This document shows positions 51,701-64,000 of a stretch of 64,000 nt of DNA, one piece after another. The number at the start of each line of letters is the position of its first letter. Positions within the stretch are counted from its first letter, which is position 1. The position numbers and the translations under genes were made by a program. The notes below the pieces were generated by a model that was given only the letters and a program-made list of their open reading frames with translations, was not told the DNA's origin and ran no database searches. This DNA is from Tubiluchus corallicola (taxonomy: Eukaryota > Animalia > Priapulida). The stretch spans positions 43,071-107,070 of the forward strand of contig JAQGDQ010000291.1 in the NCBI GenBank assembly GCA_030141605.1, written 5' to 3'.

Positions 51701-51799
51701 TATCTGTTGACTCGACACATGATGAAGCAGAGAAAATCAAAAATAGGACCATTTCCGCAAAAGAAGAAGAAAACAAACAAGAAAACCAAATCAAAATAA
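36500..51799 (+). CDS. HACD3: Very-long-chain (3R)-3-hydroxyacyl-CoA dehydratase 3 (PTPLAD1/B-ind1), 381 aa
   Basis: 10 exons: 36500-36583, 38010-38126, 38835-39026, 40803-40857, 42329-42439, 43726-43853, 45904-46016, 48404-48510, 49731-49865, 51696-51799. Total 1146 nt, in phase. N-terminal CS/p23 domain (LSPNVFWAQR...WWPRL...WLKIDFDKWKDE), PTPLA domain (YLFFYNFFQ, RYPYY, WLRYSAWIILYPAGFMCE), C-terminal KxKxx (KTKSK) ER retrieval signal. Confidence 0.93.
36790..36985 (+). mobile_element. CR1-group LINE 3' remnant
   Basis: RTIIDLVNAYEVMNG...RGLRDENKCFVPSV, similar to 34355-34485. Confidence 0.5.
39115..39499. mobile_element. hAT-like MITE
   Basis: CGGGGTTCCCAC ... GTAGGAACCCTG termini with repeated gtcagggaaa subterminal motifs; TSD not evident. 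Confidence 0.6.
41663..42261. mobile_element. Non-autonomous TIR element, superfamily unclear
   Basis: ccgtccataagttggcatagttaa ... ttaactgccgacttatggatga inverted termini. Confidence 0.55.
42772..43040 (+). mobile_element. tRNA-derived SINE, probably with a Meta-like central domain
   Basis: A box tagtctagtgg, B box gttcgag, then ccgggtcataccaaagactttaaaaatggtacc, AATAAA and an (ATT)n tail. Confidence 0.75.
46191..46789 (+). mobile_element. Tigger/pogo-like MITE family A, copy 3
   Basis: TA|CAGTGTTCCCTC ... GAGGGAACACTG|TA. Confidence 0.88.
47443..47775. mobile_element. hAT-like MITE with poly-G/poly-C subterminal tracts
   Basis: TAGGGGTGTAACT ... AGTTTCGCCCCG with 8-bp TSD gtgaactc (47435-47442 / 47776-47783). 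Confidence 0.8.
47919..48228. repeat. 38-bp minisatellite, ~8 units
   Basis: Unit tacaaagttatgaaaataaaagactacaagaacaaata. Confidence 0.95.
48525..49639 (-). mobile_element. Solo LTR (BEL/Pao- or Gypsy-like) with an internal 52-bp array
   Basis: TGTTGTG ... CACAACA termini, 5-bp TSD ctgat (48520-48524 / 49640-49644), minus-strand TATA (~48715) and AATAAA (48593-48598). Confidence 0.85.
48801..49635. repeat. 52-bp minisatellite, ~16 units, inside the solo LTR
   Basis: Unit ctagtggatctccacaaggtaagaagattgttctactatactatagaacatt, with internal tgttcta/tagaaca hairpin. Confidence 0.96.
50899..51498. mobile_element. hAT-like MITE, degenerate
   Basis: CATGGGCACTG ... CCGGCACCCGTG; imperfect 8-bp TSD agtaggat/ggcaggat. 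Confidence 0.45.
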
Positions 51800-53589
51800 A
51801 GAGTCGTATGTACATTCCCCGTTCACACATTTGGCGATTACCAAAACAACGTTTGCATTTTATTCTGACACGGCTGTTTTGTGCCTTTGATTTTAGTTGC
51901 ATTTTTGTACAAAAAAATTGCCTCATATTTCATTTGTGTAGTTTGATAAGTTGATTTTATTATGCAATTCTTGTGTGTTTCTAGTCTACTGATACATTGA
52001 AGTCACTAGTGAAGCCAGCGACCAGAATAGTAATTTAGGCCAAATATTTAAATTTTTTGACTCTCGTGTTGATAGGTTTTGTTTCAAAGGTTATGTGCCT
52101 AATGAAATGTAGTAATTTTCTTTTTCGTTTCATTAAACATGTAAAAGCTGATGAGTCGTCGTGCTTTGAATTCTCCTCATTTAGCCAAAGATTCGCGCTC
52201 AAAAATTTCATGTTTAAAGTTAATCAAAATAAAAAATTATTCTAATTAGTTAGAATCATTCTAGTGTGAGCCATCTAACATTGGAAATGCTGAATTTGGC
52301 TGGTCGGCACTAAGAGATGAATTTTGGATTGCCCTGATGATTGGAGAATACAGTGGGCTAGTAGCGTAAGATGTTTGCCTTGCAAGTAGAAAGTCATGGG
52401 TTCCAATCCATACTATATTCAGACTTTCTCAGTTCCAGTATTTCAAGTTTGATATCAAAATTTAATTAATGACGTAGATACATTCACTAATAATAATCTT
52501 GACTTTAGGATTATAGTAATTAATGGAGCCCTTCAATTTTAGTACTATATAGTTGAAATAGGTATATAATTGTCCAATGGCTAGTATTCATGACAGCTGT
52601 ATATTCAGACAAGGGTATGTTGTATTTAGTTGTGTAATTTATCCGTTCTCACTGCTGCTGCTGCCATTCTAAACTTGAACAGTTGACGCCAGCCAATAAT
52701 GTTTTGTACTGTCAATAGATGGCGTCTCATGGTCTACTTATTATAGTTACAGTTAACAACTCTGTAACTCCTCGCACAATGAACATCCAGAGACAATCAA
52801 GTTAAAGTGAAAGAAAGGGCAATTCAACTTTCCATTATTTTGTATTACACTTACGTGTTTAAAGGCTTAGGTTAACCGGAAAATTTTTGGTGTTTAGAAT
52901 ATTTGCACCGACTGGTAAAAGGTCTCCTTCCCAGTGTGCAGCAGTGACTCACCACAAAACATTATTCAACTTATTGACAAAATAAAGTAACTTACACTTC
53001 CGCTTAGTTGGTGAAGTGTGCGCTGCAAATTTCTGATTAATTTTCCGAACCTTACGAACTGTTACCTAAACTTATTTCATACCACTTACCGTCAAAATGG
53101 CTGTGGCTGACAGACAACGCATGAGCTTAAATTTTCAAATTTTATATAGGATTGCTGCTATTATAAGCCCTGTGCGCAATTAAGCTGTACACAAGTGGTT
53201 CAAAATTTCAAGGCGAGTTTTATACCTTTATGTACGTTAACGGTTTTCTCGTGTTTCAAGATTTTAACCATTTGCATTACTCACTGCTAGTGAGTGTGGA
53301 ACCAGCATGACAAAACATGAATGCATGCTTATTATTTGAAAATTCAAAGATTTTTAGAAAGCATTGACTAAAATTTTTTAAACTATTTTTCGTGTGGGTT
53401 CATTTTTGGAACATGTTATCGATGCTCGAAATTGAAAGCAGTTTAATTGATTATGTACATCTCCCATTGCTAATGTCACCATTTGCTAAAATTATTGTTT
53501 AACTAATAGAAACTTGTGTTCCTTTAATAGTGATAATTTAATAATTTTAATAATTTAAACTTTGATATTAAAATGTTAACTTACGACAT

Positions 53590-54018
53590 TATTAATAGAA
53601 CTGAATTTGATTTTGCATGGAAATTTAGTTTTCCAGTGATCAAATGCTCTGTGAGCTGGTTGTTTCTTTTGACACACAAAAAAACAGTTTCTTTTGAGGC
53701 ATTGTTGTATTTGGTTTGTTTTCTATTACCTCTACTATGTATTATACATGTTAATAGAACTGAATTTGATTTTGCATGGAAATTTGCAGTAATCAAATGC
53801 TTCACGTGCTGGTTGGATACCTACTATGTATTATACATGTTAATAGAACTGAATTTGATTTTGCATGGAAATTTGCAGTAGTCAAATGCTTCACGTGCTG
53901 GTTGGATACCTACTATGTATTATACATGTTAATAGAACTGAATTTGATTTTGCATGGAAATTTCTAGTGATCAAATGCTCTGTGAGCTGGTTGGATTGCT
54001 ACTATGTATTATACATGC
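53590..54018. repeat. 89-bp tandem repeat, ~4 units (first interrupted)
   Basis: ttaatagaactgaatttgattttgcatggaaattt recurs at ~53592, 53751, 53840 and 53929. Confidence 0.9.
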
Positions 54019-54969
54019 ACAATCATCTCGCAGTGGACTTACGCGCTTGCAAAGTCTAAAAGACACGGCAAAATCTATATTTGACCATACTGACCCCGCG
54101 AAAGATAATGTTCAATTTCCTTTTGATTTTGAATATATGATATAAAATTTGCTCTACAGGTTATATTCATTTACATTATGTCATACCTTCCCCAAGTTAA
54201 CACAAATAATTTTTTAGATTTCATTCTCTTTCTTTAATAAAGCAACAATGACTAAGAAAGTCTTTGCGCGGTGAACAGTTGATTTGCGGCACTTTGTGAC
54301 AGCCTTCTTAACGTATTTGATTAATTAGTCAAGTTGACAAAACGTGCTGCGCCATTTTTGTATACAATTTGCGTATTGCCTATTTTAAGTTACGACCTTT
54401 GGGTGACCTTTGAAGTCAATCATGATTTCAGGGTAGACTGCGTATTCTCCTGCTATTTATTTCACATATTATAATTGCTTATTTTGCACTGCTGGTGCAG
54501 CACAAAATGGAGCTATTCATGTTGTGGTAAATATTTAGTTTTTTGCATGTGTAATTCTGTTTTAATATTTTGTTATTGTTTTCTTTGGTTAAACCACATA
54601 AGAAAATTATGTTAAAATACTTATTGTTTCTCTGATCTAAGCACATTGTATTAGAATTTAATTTATTAAAACGTTTTATAAACAAGCTGAAAAGCTGTGA
54701 TGAAATCCTTACACTTGTTGCAATTGTAATTTTTGTTTGTATTTTCCTGATAATAAAATATCATTTCTTTTGTTATTCTTTAATAATATTCCATTTATTT
54801 AGCTTTTCTGTAGAATTTTCGTTGTGGGATGGTACTAAATATGAAAACCCAGCATTAAATTAATATGAAGAAAATAATGATAATTAATAATTTAGTGAAT
54901 ATTTTTAATGCATTTTACACGATGATAAAATTCATCTTACAAATAAAAGATCGTCAAAACTACTAAAAA

Positions 54970-55405
54970 ATTAATTCATAAGGTATTTAAGACAATGGCA
55001 CATTAATTGATTAAAAGTACATTGAATGTGAGAAAAAAGGGAAAATAATAAAAACACAGAAAATTTAGTAAAATAATAAAAGCAATGCCATAGAACTTAC
55101 ACAATCGTAAAGAATACAAGATTAGTTCAACCACAGAAGCTTTGTTAAAATTGTAAGTTTTCAAACTTTTTAAAATAAATTGACTTGATCAGGCGTGATT
55201 GCAGGGGCAAAGAAATCCACAATTTGGGGGCAGCAGAACTGAATGATTTATCACTGCATGTGACTAACCTCGTGGGATTTCAAGATTACTTCTGTTTGAG
55301 CTAGATCTTAATGCTCTGCGAGGAACATAGTTTAAGATCTGATATGTAAGTAGGGGGCCAGATCATTGATTGCTTTCCAAGTTATCAAATTTATTTTAAA
55401 TAAAT
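54970..55405 (-). mobile_element. L2-clade LINE 3' remnant
   Basis: Minus-strand frameshifted FKI..ITWKAINDLAP.Y...YVPRRALRSS...AAPKLW.SLP, typical of the L2 ORF2 C-terminus. Confidence 0.65.
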
Positions 55406-56164
55406 ATTTATCTTAAGAAGTGAAGAGAAGACGAAGTTTTTGTTCAAATACCTTTCTTTTCATTCTTTTATTGTAGTTCGCGATACCCTATCATTCGTCA
55501 GAATCCATTGCTACTAATTGCCTTGGGCACTGAAGAAAATTGCCATTTTCTGTTGACATGGCTGGTAATTATGCAGTTTACAGCTGCGCCTTAATTGTTC
55601 GTGCTACAATTAGTGCCATTTTTCTTAACCAGTTGGGCTGTTTCGGTAAATTTGTTTGAGAAAAGTGAATTGCTATTGTCGTGCACTTTTGAAAAATCAG
55701 CGTAATGAACTTAAAAACACAGTGAAAAAAGCCCTTCAGGCCAGAGCAACGTGTCAGAAGGTCATAGCCTCAACAGAAATCTTGACCAACATCCATGCAG
55801 ACACCACGTGCGGAAAGTTTTTTTACAGATCAGATCTTTTCATAAGAGCAAAATTTGTTCAACTGTATTTTATTATCTTCTACCTCTGTGCACAAAAACT
55901 GATGTTTTTTCATGCCATTATGTTCCCTTGTTTTTATTACAAAGATTAGCATTTTAATTTTTAGACTGCCGTGGCAGGCAGACTCGGATCAGAGTAGTCG
56001 ATCTTAATGGTTTTGTCTATTCTAACCTTTGTTTTGAAGAAAAAGGGACCTTGATTCTTATTATAATTTCTCAAAAATTCTGTTCATTTTTATTCTGCAG
56101 TCTTCTTCACATCCAACCTACATAAGTTGTTTGGGACTGTTTTTATAAAACCTTATTACAAAGT

Positions 56165-56561
56165 AGATGGCTAAAAGATTAAGATGGCTTAAGTCTGCCT
56201 CAGAAATTATAGGAGTTGAACAGCAATTTATGGCATATTTGTATGAAACTAGGGTCGCAAATAGAGCGCAAGTTATCATGAAAGATGAATTCCATCCAGG
56301 TAATAAATATTTTGAAATGCTCCCCTCTGGTCGTAGATTCCGCTCAATTAACGCTAAAACCACAAGAACTTTAAATTCTTTCTATCCCGTTGCAATTCGC
56401 ACCATCAACAGTAAATTTCAGTAGATCTCCAATATTAATTCTTTATTTCACTGTACTGATTGAATTATTTGTGTTAATCTCCTTGTTGTTTCCATGAGTT
56501 ATTGCAGTTCGTAAAACCACAAATTTCATTGTATGTATTATGTTATAATGGCAATAAATTG

Positions 56562-56605
<44 letters not shown>

Positions 56606-56625
56606 ATTACTTACTTACTTACTTA
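56165..56625 (+). mobile_element. Rex1/Babar non-LTR retrotransposon 3' fragment
   Basis: ORF ASEIIG...HPGNKYFEMLPSGRRFRSINAKTTRTLNSFYPVAIRTIN, then AATAAA and an (ACTT)n tail. Confidence 0.85.
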
Positions 56626-59251
56626 AACAGCTAAAACATCATTACAGAACTTTAAAACATTAAAACTGGACAATTATGTAATATTGGCGTAATCCAGAAA
56701 GTCTATAATGGGTTTTACATCGCTAAGTAGAAATAAATACGAAATAAGAATGATATTACTGTGTAGAACATGCGTTACAAAATTACATGTTATTTGACAA
56801 GACTGGTTTTACTATCCAAACTGAAAATGAATTCATCACTAAATTGGTCCTCTGGCTTTTACAAATCCCCTTAACACGAGTCACTGGTTGCAAATTCGCG
56901 TTTTTATGAGTGCGTTTATAATCATAACCTGTTTCAATCTTCAACGCAGAGTGACTTAGGATTTAATTTTTACTCTCAAGCTCAAACGGCTTTTGCTGTT
57001 CTGACATTAGTTTGAAAAATTCACTTACTATTTAACTTTCAAATGACGCCGTCCGGCTTGCACAATAACTCTATCAATATTTACAGACAGAAATAGAGAT
57101 AATTTGTGTTACATCGTATTATATTGTGCCATTGTATTAAATTTTCAAGTTCACATATTTCGTATTGTTCAGAGTTAACATATAATATAATAATTATATG
57201 TGAATTAAATGTTAGAAATGCTTTCATTGTATTTTGTAAGCGTGAGTTTTACGTAAATGACAGTAAACGATACGTACTAATATTTGTACGCGTAGATATG
57301 TTCAATAACCGAATAACTATATCAAATATAATATCCCTCAAAAAAGCTTTTTTAACAGACCTTACCAGGCTTATCTAATTTTATTGCACCACCAACGTGA
57401 AAGCTTAGACAGGTCACTTCTTGAGTAGAATTTAAAAATGAAACCAAAACACAAGGAACTTTCGGAGAGGTCAGAGAGGCACGTACATTGGATGAGGCAA
57501 GGAACTTCATCATTTCTCCAAGGATTAAAGGCATTTGACAGTCATTGCTGTGTAAGTTTTGGTCGCTCAATTTCCACAAGTCTCTAGATAAACGCATTTG
57601 CAAGAGAAGGCAATTTCAAAGCTCTGAACTCATTCGCCCTTATGTCTTCTTAGTCTAATAATTTCTAATTTGAGTAGTTCAGCCCAGTTACCATGATTTA
57701 GTAGAAATTAATTAACAGCATGTAAAATATAAACACCTTTTATAATGCTGCTAGCAACTTTTGAACATGAAGGACAATATTGAAGTTTTGCCTGTCTTGT
57801 TTTCGGAATGCGTGAAGTTGAAGGTTAACTCTTTTTTTACACGCTGCGATTTTAGGCAAAGTTTACAGTGATTATTACTAAAATATTTCCTTACAGATCT
57901 ATCCTACATTAGTCGCTTGCATCTCATCAATGTAAATATTGGAGATAATTATTACTACACTAAGTACGAGGATATAATTATGTGTGTGATATATAGTACT
58001 AAGGCCTCTAAGTAAAATTATGCTAGTTCATTTTATTTCGGAACACTAGGCAACTTGAGCTAATTCCTCTTTATAACAACTTGAATGTGGCACCAAACGT
58101 CAATTTTATTAATTCAAGGAACCGTTCCTGTTGCACAATAACATTGCACGAGAGTAGTGTCGCCACCTGCAAAGACTATTAATGAACAAACAGACGCCAG
58201 CGAAACTTTAATTAAAACGCAGCAAACTGCAAACTACTGCTCACAAAGCTGCAAATATACTCGTAGTCTGGTCTGCGGTTGTACCTCTAGGCAAACTCAT
58301 ACCTTTCTTACTCTTACAACTTACAAGTCAATAATTTCCAGTCGGGTGACCGTTCAGCCTCTGGCCTGTGTTACTGTTTAGACTGCTGATGCAGCTGCTG
58401 TGTGCTGTCAGTCCCAGTATTAGCTTGGTGTGAACGCTGGCAGCGCTCCAGCCGGTCTACGCCTAGGCCTAGACATAACAATCGTGGAATAATCCAGTAA
58501 CTAGCAGGTCAGTAGCATTAATTACTTTCAATTTGTGCTTTGGTAGTTTAATTGGTGTTACGTCAAAGAAAATCTTGATGCTGTGTTTGCGTAAACTCAA
58601 CTTTGAAGGCGGAGGCCCCTAAATGTTCAGCTAAATGATAACGTTTATGTTATAATTCGATTAATTTTAGAGTTTGTAATTTATTACTTACCTGGATGAA
58701 AAAATCTTTTCATGGTAAAGAAACCTTTAAAACACAAAATAAGATTTCAATGCTTCTAAAGTATGATGCAAACATCAAGTGAACTTTCTTGATCAGCATT
58801 GGTGCTTTTAATGCGATATTGACAAAATTTTATTCTTTTATTTTTTTACTATCATAGAGTAGAAATGTAAGATAATGCGTTTGGCAATAAATCTAGTGTC
58901 CTATACAAGCCTCAGTTATGTAGTGGCTTGACCGGCCCTTTGCATTGTAGGTTTATTGCATTTTTTTCGTTAGCTCTATATTTTAAACAGCTGGTGTACT
59001 AACCTAGTTAGAACTTTGGAATGTTCAGTAATCGATGTAGCTGGCACGTAAGAACCCATATAGGATGCAGTTTTCAATGGATATTTTCAGTTTCTCAAAT
59101 CTTTGAATTAATGTCTGAGTCTATTTGGTAGTTCAACGGTTGCCCGAAGGCATCTACATTCTTAAAACAACGTCAAATTTAGAATGAGCTCAAGCTGTCC
59201 TATGTCTTTGAAGTATAAAAGCAAAAATTTTAAGGACTCATTGACTAATTG

Positions 59252-59372
59252 TCTGACTGACTGACTGACTGACTGACTGACTGACTGACTGACTGACTGA
59301 CTGACTGACTGACTGACTGACTGACTGACTGACTGACTGACTGATTGACTGACTGATTGATTGACTGACTGA
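59252..59372. repeat. (ACTG)n microsatellite
   Basis: Directly visible. Confidence 0.97.
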
Positions 59373-60773
59373 AGAGGTGGCTTTGAGCAATAAACATCTG
59401 CAGCTTTGAGTACTGTCTTGCATTTTTCCAGAATAACGAAAGCAAGTCAAAATATTGGGTAAATTTCAAGGTGTTTCGGCCGTAAATATTAAAGTATTTC
59501 TGCACTGCTATCGTTGTCGGCAATTTCTCTCTTTGGGCAAAACTAGTGTGAATGAATAGTCTCTAAAATGAGTGAAGAAAACCTTGGCATGTTGGCTTTC
59601 CACTATTCGTAACGCAAGAGTTAATTCTTCTACATCCTATAATTAAGGCTGAGAGGCATATTAATACTGTAGTCAAGCAGCAGCAGAAAATGACGAAAAT
59701 GTAATACTTACACTAGTTTGAGTTGGCTAGAGGACACTATGCTCATAAATCATTAATCACGTGAGCTAGTTGCTTTCGACAGCGGCGACGGTCATGCTGA
59801 TGACGGTACAAGGACCATCACGCATTACGAGCGTGTAGTATACGCTATGGTTTATGTTGGATAATACCTGATTCGGTGTTCTGCTTTTATTTAATATACA
59901 TGTAATACTTAATCAAGAAAATTAGTTGAGTATAATGGCATGCTGATAATTCATACAAAGGTTTGTCGTTGGCTTGTGGTTAGGCCTACATCGCTTTACA
60001 GAAAGCCCTACATTCTCACTTAGACATTTTGTGCTATATTATCATTGATGGTGGTGGTATCAAACACCTGTCCAGCGACCTAAACGTGCAATCAGCATCC
60101 TAATTGCAGCTAGATTAAATCAGCTTTTACCAATCTCGACTAATCATAGTAATTTCTTCAGCGTGCGTGCGTGCGTAGGCTTACAATAGCTGCAATAAAC
60201 AATTTTTATATTCATTTGCTGACGCCTGGGCACCTGCGTCAATACATCAAGCTATTATCCACTGCTCATGCTGAATTTCTTTTGCATTGAGGGCCATTCA
60301 TCCCCTTTCATTCTGCTTTGTTGATCAAGCAAATAGCCAAATTACGCCTCCAGTAGCCCCTCGCGATACGTAATGTATAAACTAGCAGATTAGGCAGTTT
60401 TTTAGAAGACCATTCTCACTTTTCTGTATGTAGCGTTTTCGTCTTGATGTGACCCTTGCAAGATGTCTCTAGGTAAACATGTTCAGAGCTATTCTTGGGA
60501 ACACAATTTTATTTCTGCAATACGTGCCATAGTTTATTATACTCGTGTTAATTAGCGAGATTACGAGATCCTTTCACACCTGCTCGGAGATTAGCTGAAG
60601 TTAATTAACGCTAATTAACGTTTCTCATATAACATTATCTCATACCTGTGGATATTATTACATGATGTGCGGTAGTCTCACTGCAGACAAGACGCAGTAG
60701 TTCAAGAGAGACATGTAAACGTACGGAATCAAGCGGAACTCCACTAACTTCCATTTTGTGTAGCACGCATTCT

Positions 60774-61263
60774 AGCCACTGGGGGGGGGCAAGCCAGCCC
60801 AACTCAGTGCCGGTCCCAAGCCCGGATAAATAGGGAGGGTTAGGGTCAGGAAGGGGATCCGCCTGTAAAAACTGCGCCAAAACCTTCAATGAATGAGTCG
60901 GTGAGACTTAAAGGGAAAGTCCACAAAGATAGTGCTCAGACCCGCTCTAATATATGGGCTGGAAGCAGCTTCTCTAAAGAAGACCGAAGAGAAGAAAATG
61001 GGTGTGGCGGAGATAAGGATGTTGAGATGGATGGTGGGAATAACAAGGAGAGATAAAATTAGAAATAATAATATCAGAGGAACAGTAAAAGTAGTGGAAG
61101 ACATCGCAAGATTGCGATGGTATGGACAACTGAAAAGAAGAGTCGGTGAAGATCATGTGGGAAGGGAAGACATAAATGAAGAGGTGGTCAACAACAGGAA
61201 TGCGTGGAGAAGACTCATTCACAACGGCGACCCCGCATAGGGAAAAGCTGGGAAGAAGAAGAA
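60774..61263 (+). mobile_element. Internally deleted (bipartite) RTE element
   Basis: 5' UTR-like segment (ggtcccaagcccggataaatagggaggg...tcaggaagggg...tgtaaaa) fused to the ORF 3' end LRPALIYGLE...MLRWMVG...RLRWYG, (GAA)n tail, 16-bp TSD gtgtagcacgcattct. Confidence 0.85.
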
Positions 61264-63014
61264 GTGTAGCACGCATTCTGGTGATTGATGGCAGTTATTG
61301 AAAGAATGAATTAATCAGCTATCCAAGTTACTTAACTGCAGAAAACGTTCATTTTTCTTACACAGATAATTCGAGTTTGATTCAACCATTTCAGTTCAGC
61401 TTAAATCTTTTTGTACTTTAAAATGCGCCTGCAGCCACAGTGACATTGTTGCTTAATTTATGTAAAGGATGTTAAATACCAGCGAAAAATAACTGACGTT
61501 TTACAGTTTTAAATTTCAGATGTACAGTAGATAAGTGCACGAACTGTCTCATAAAGCGCGTCCCAGATAATCATAGATCCAAGTTTTTGCCTGCTGTCAG
61601 CACGCTTTAGGTTTTTTTACTCAAGCAAAAAAGTGCTAACCGTCCGTTTTTCTGTCTGCCTGTCAGAAACGGTTGAAAACGCAGCAATTCAATGGCATCA
61701 GTTTCTTCTCAAATCCCCTGACTAATATATTGACACAAAGTATTTTCCAAACCGAGTTCTTTGTTAATCAGTTTAAAAGCGCGAAATGCTTAGAATTCTC
61801 GGATTATTGCAGTTCGTAAGGCATGCGTCGCTGGTGTGAAACTCAGAGAATACTATCTGGAGCTGTCTGAAAGAATTCGGTAGGTAAACGGCACTGGCTG
61901 TTGCTTTTGAATTGTGTTTTATTGTTAATGGGCTTGAATTAGGTTCATGAATGTAGGAATTAAACTACGTGGGAAACCAAGGAGGTTTTGGGTCATTGCC
62001 ATAATGAGGCTACTGCCACGCTTTTTTGTAGTACAATCAAACAATGCAAGTACAATTTTCTATTGTCAAGGCCTTGCATGCAGGCCTAGATGTAAGGGCA
62101 CGAAAACAACCGTAGGTATGGTTCAGTCCACTTATCTAATCGAAATTTTTATATTAACATGCCAATTCGTCTTGTTCATTTCCACTACACATTAAATATG
62201 TAGTGGACGTATTTTACCAACCTTCATTCCCCTATCGGCTGGCATTTTTGGCAATCTGCCAAGCGGGTGGTACAAGTCATTGATACCATTAAGTTATTTT
62301 ATAGGCTTTCCAAGTTTTTGCAGTCGAGCAAATTGCATAAAACAGACAAGAATGTTAATAAGCACGTGTATTTTGTACAGTTTACTTCCTAACATTCAAA
62401 CCCCAAGGGTAGGCGCACATTGTACGTATTCTTGTACAATGTCCGGCCAGTATTATAAGTTATCACATTCCTAGTTCAATAATTATAAACTTTCAAAGAC
62501 GGTAATTGATTCGCTGTAGATTTGTCAAGCAAAGTCCTCCACTTTCCAACGCTTTTCGTTGCATCTGACTCTTAATTCACTACAAGGTTTCCTGAAAGCT
62601 GACTTACATTTTCAACCCACAATACTTCGCGCGTGAGCATGTTCTGTCGACCAGATATCGTTAATACTTGGTGTGGAACACAACCTGAGTAGTCACCATA
62701 TTTGCTTAGCGATCAAAGTTAAACAATGCCACGCTCGGTTAAAATGGATGGGTGGTGTCAGGGAAGCCATACCCGCCTACCGTCGAATCTTCAGCTATTT
62801 ATCTCCTTGAGGGTAGATTATCCGCCAGATTCTGGTCCTGTTACAACTAGTTATTGCATATTTGAACATATGTAAATGTAGTATGATGGATATTTTAAGT
62901 CAATAAACTACTGCTATCAGTGTACGTTAGCATGACCGAGGAGTGCTGAATCCCAGTTTGCTGAACTGTGAGTCTGCATGTGGGTACTAGGCTAGGTCAG
63001 TACTTGTTATGGTT

Positions 63015-63420
63015 GGCATCCTTCTGTCTCGGAAGACGATGGAGTGTGCGCCAAGAGAGTCAGTTATTGATCACATTGATGGAGCTGCATCGTCGACTGT
63101 GGCTGAGCAATCCGATCCTTGAACCACTGGAGTAGCCTCTCCAGGGCGCACGCCTGGGCAAGGTGTATGGAGATTTGCTCAGACAACAGGAACCCCCTCT
63201 CTTCCTCCCTGGTGTAGTCCAAAGGAAAGCGGAGCGATACGTTTGGCACCAGGTTGGCTGCAGGAGCTGCCGGAGTCAGTGAGCATGCTGCATTGGTCCG
63301 CCTTCGGGGCTCCACTCCTGATCATGGCCGTTGGGTCACTTGACCTCCTCCGCCCTCTAGCCGTGGGCTGCTTGTGTAACCCCTCCGCCTAGTGTCGAGA
63401 TACAGTGTGGGCATCCCATA
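63015..63420 (-). mobile_element. Second copy of the SINE3 body, without the 5S head
   Basis: Homologous to 11460-11880; 17-bp TSD cagtacttgttatggtt (62998-63014 / 63421-63437); the 3' part encodes an RTE C-terminus SRIGLLSHSRRC. Confidence 0.88.
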
Positions 63421-64000
63421 CAGTACTTGTTATGGTTAACCGGTACAATGCGTGCATCTTACGAAGGCGGTAAATTCAACGTTCGTAGATCATTGCCTGT
63501 CTCTGTTCAACACGTGCATAAAAACGTCACGAGAGAAAAATACAGCCTTGAGCTTGATGCATAAGAAGTGCCACAGACAACGGCTATTAAGTTGCCGGAA
63601 TAACATGTGACCGTAGCCGTTTATTCTGTCGCAATTCATTGTCACAAAAATACAGCCTGTCACGAAGGTTTGAAGAGGCTGGGTTAGTCAGTACAGCTGG
63701 AGGACAAAAAAAAACATACAGAAGTTAGCAATGTGTGTTTGCAACTGTGGACAATTCATTTGATTTTACTTTTTCTTTCATTACCTTAAAGAACAATAAA
63801 ATGATAAATAAGCACATTTTGCGTGTTGCTCACCTTGAAGTTGATTGACTGAGTAAAAAATTATGAACTAAAATACCATTCAGCAACTCCGGGGGCGATT
63901 GAGCAAAATCGACGTACGAAGGGTTAATTTTGTTTGAAAATGGTAAAAAAACTCAAACAGGAGATTCTATTGCTCGGGTTTTTCTGAGTGCTGGGAAAAG

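Noticed and set aside
52350-52415. tRNA gene
   Set aside because: Only degenerate A/B-box-like sequence with no cloverleaf; at most an old SINE head.
63064-63315. 83-aa minus-strand ORF as a host gene
   Set aside because: Lies wholly inside the SINE body and is disrupted in the other copy.

Overview
AT-rich (about 65%) intron-rich animal (invertebrate-like) genomic DNA; not prokaryotic, no CRISPR. Three protein-coding genes were rebuilt by hand from GT-AG junctions: (1) the 3' end of an SH3PXD2/Tks4-Tks5-like scaffold (+, to 4730); (2) a complete 20-coding-exon ABCH-type half transporter (-, 28832-7964, 719 aa); (3) a complete 10-exon HACD3/PTPLAD1 (+, 36500-51799, 381 aa), head-to-head with the ABC gene. 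Introns and intergenic DNA hold many MITEs (Tigger/pogo, hAT, Kolobok-like, piggyBac-like), RTE/Rex1/L2/CR1 fragments, a 5S-headed SINE3 built on an internally deleted RTE, a solo LTR, a decayed 18S rRNA fragment and about 10 tandem arrays. The most striking pattern is that several arrays are amplifications of splice-junction sequence: a 72-bp in-frame array and a 44-bp array each repeat an exon end plus its 5' splice site, and a 47-bp array abutting an acceptor repeats the U1 snRNA 5'-end motif. Family assignments come from recalled motifs, not database searches.
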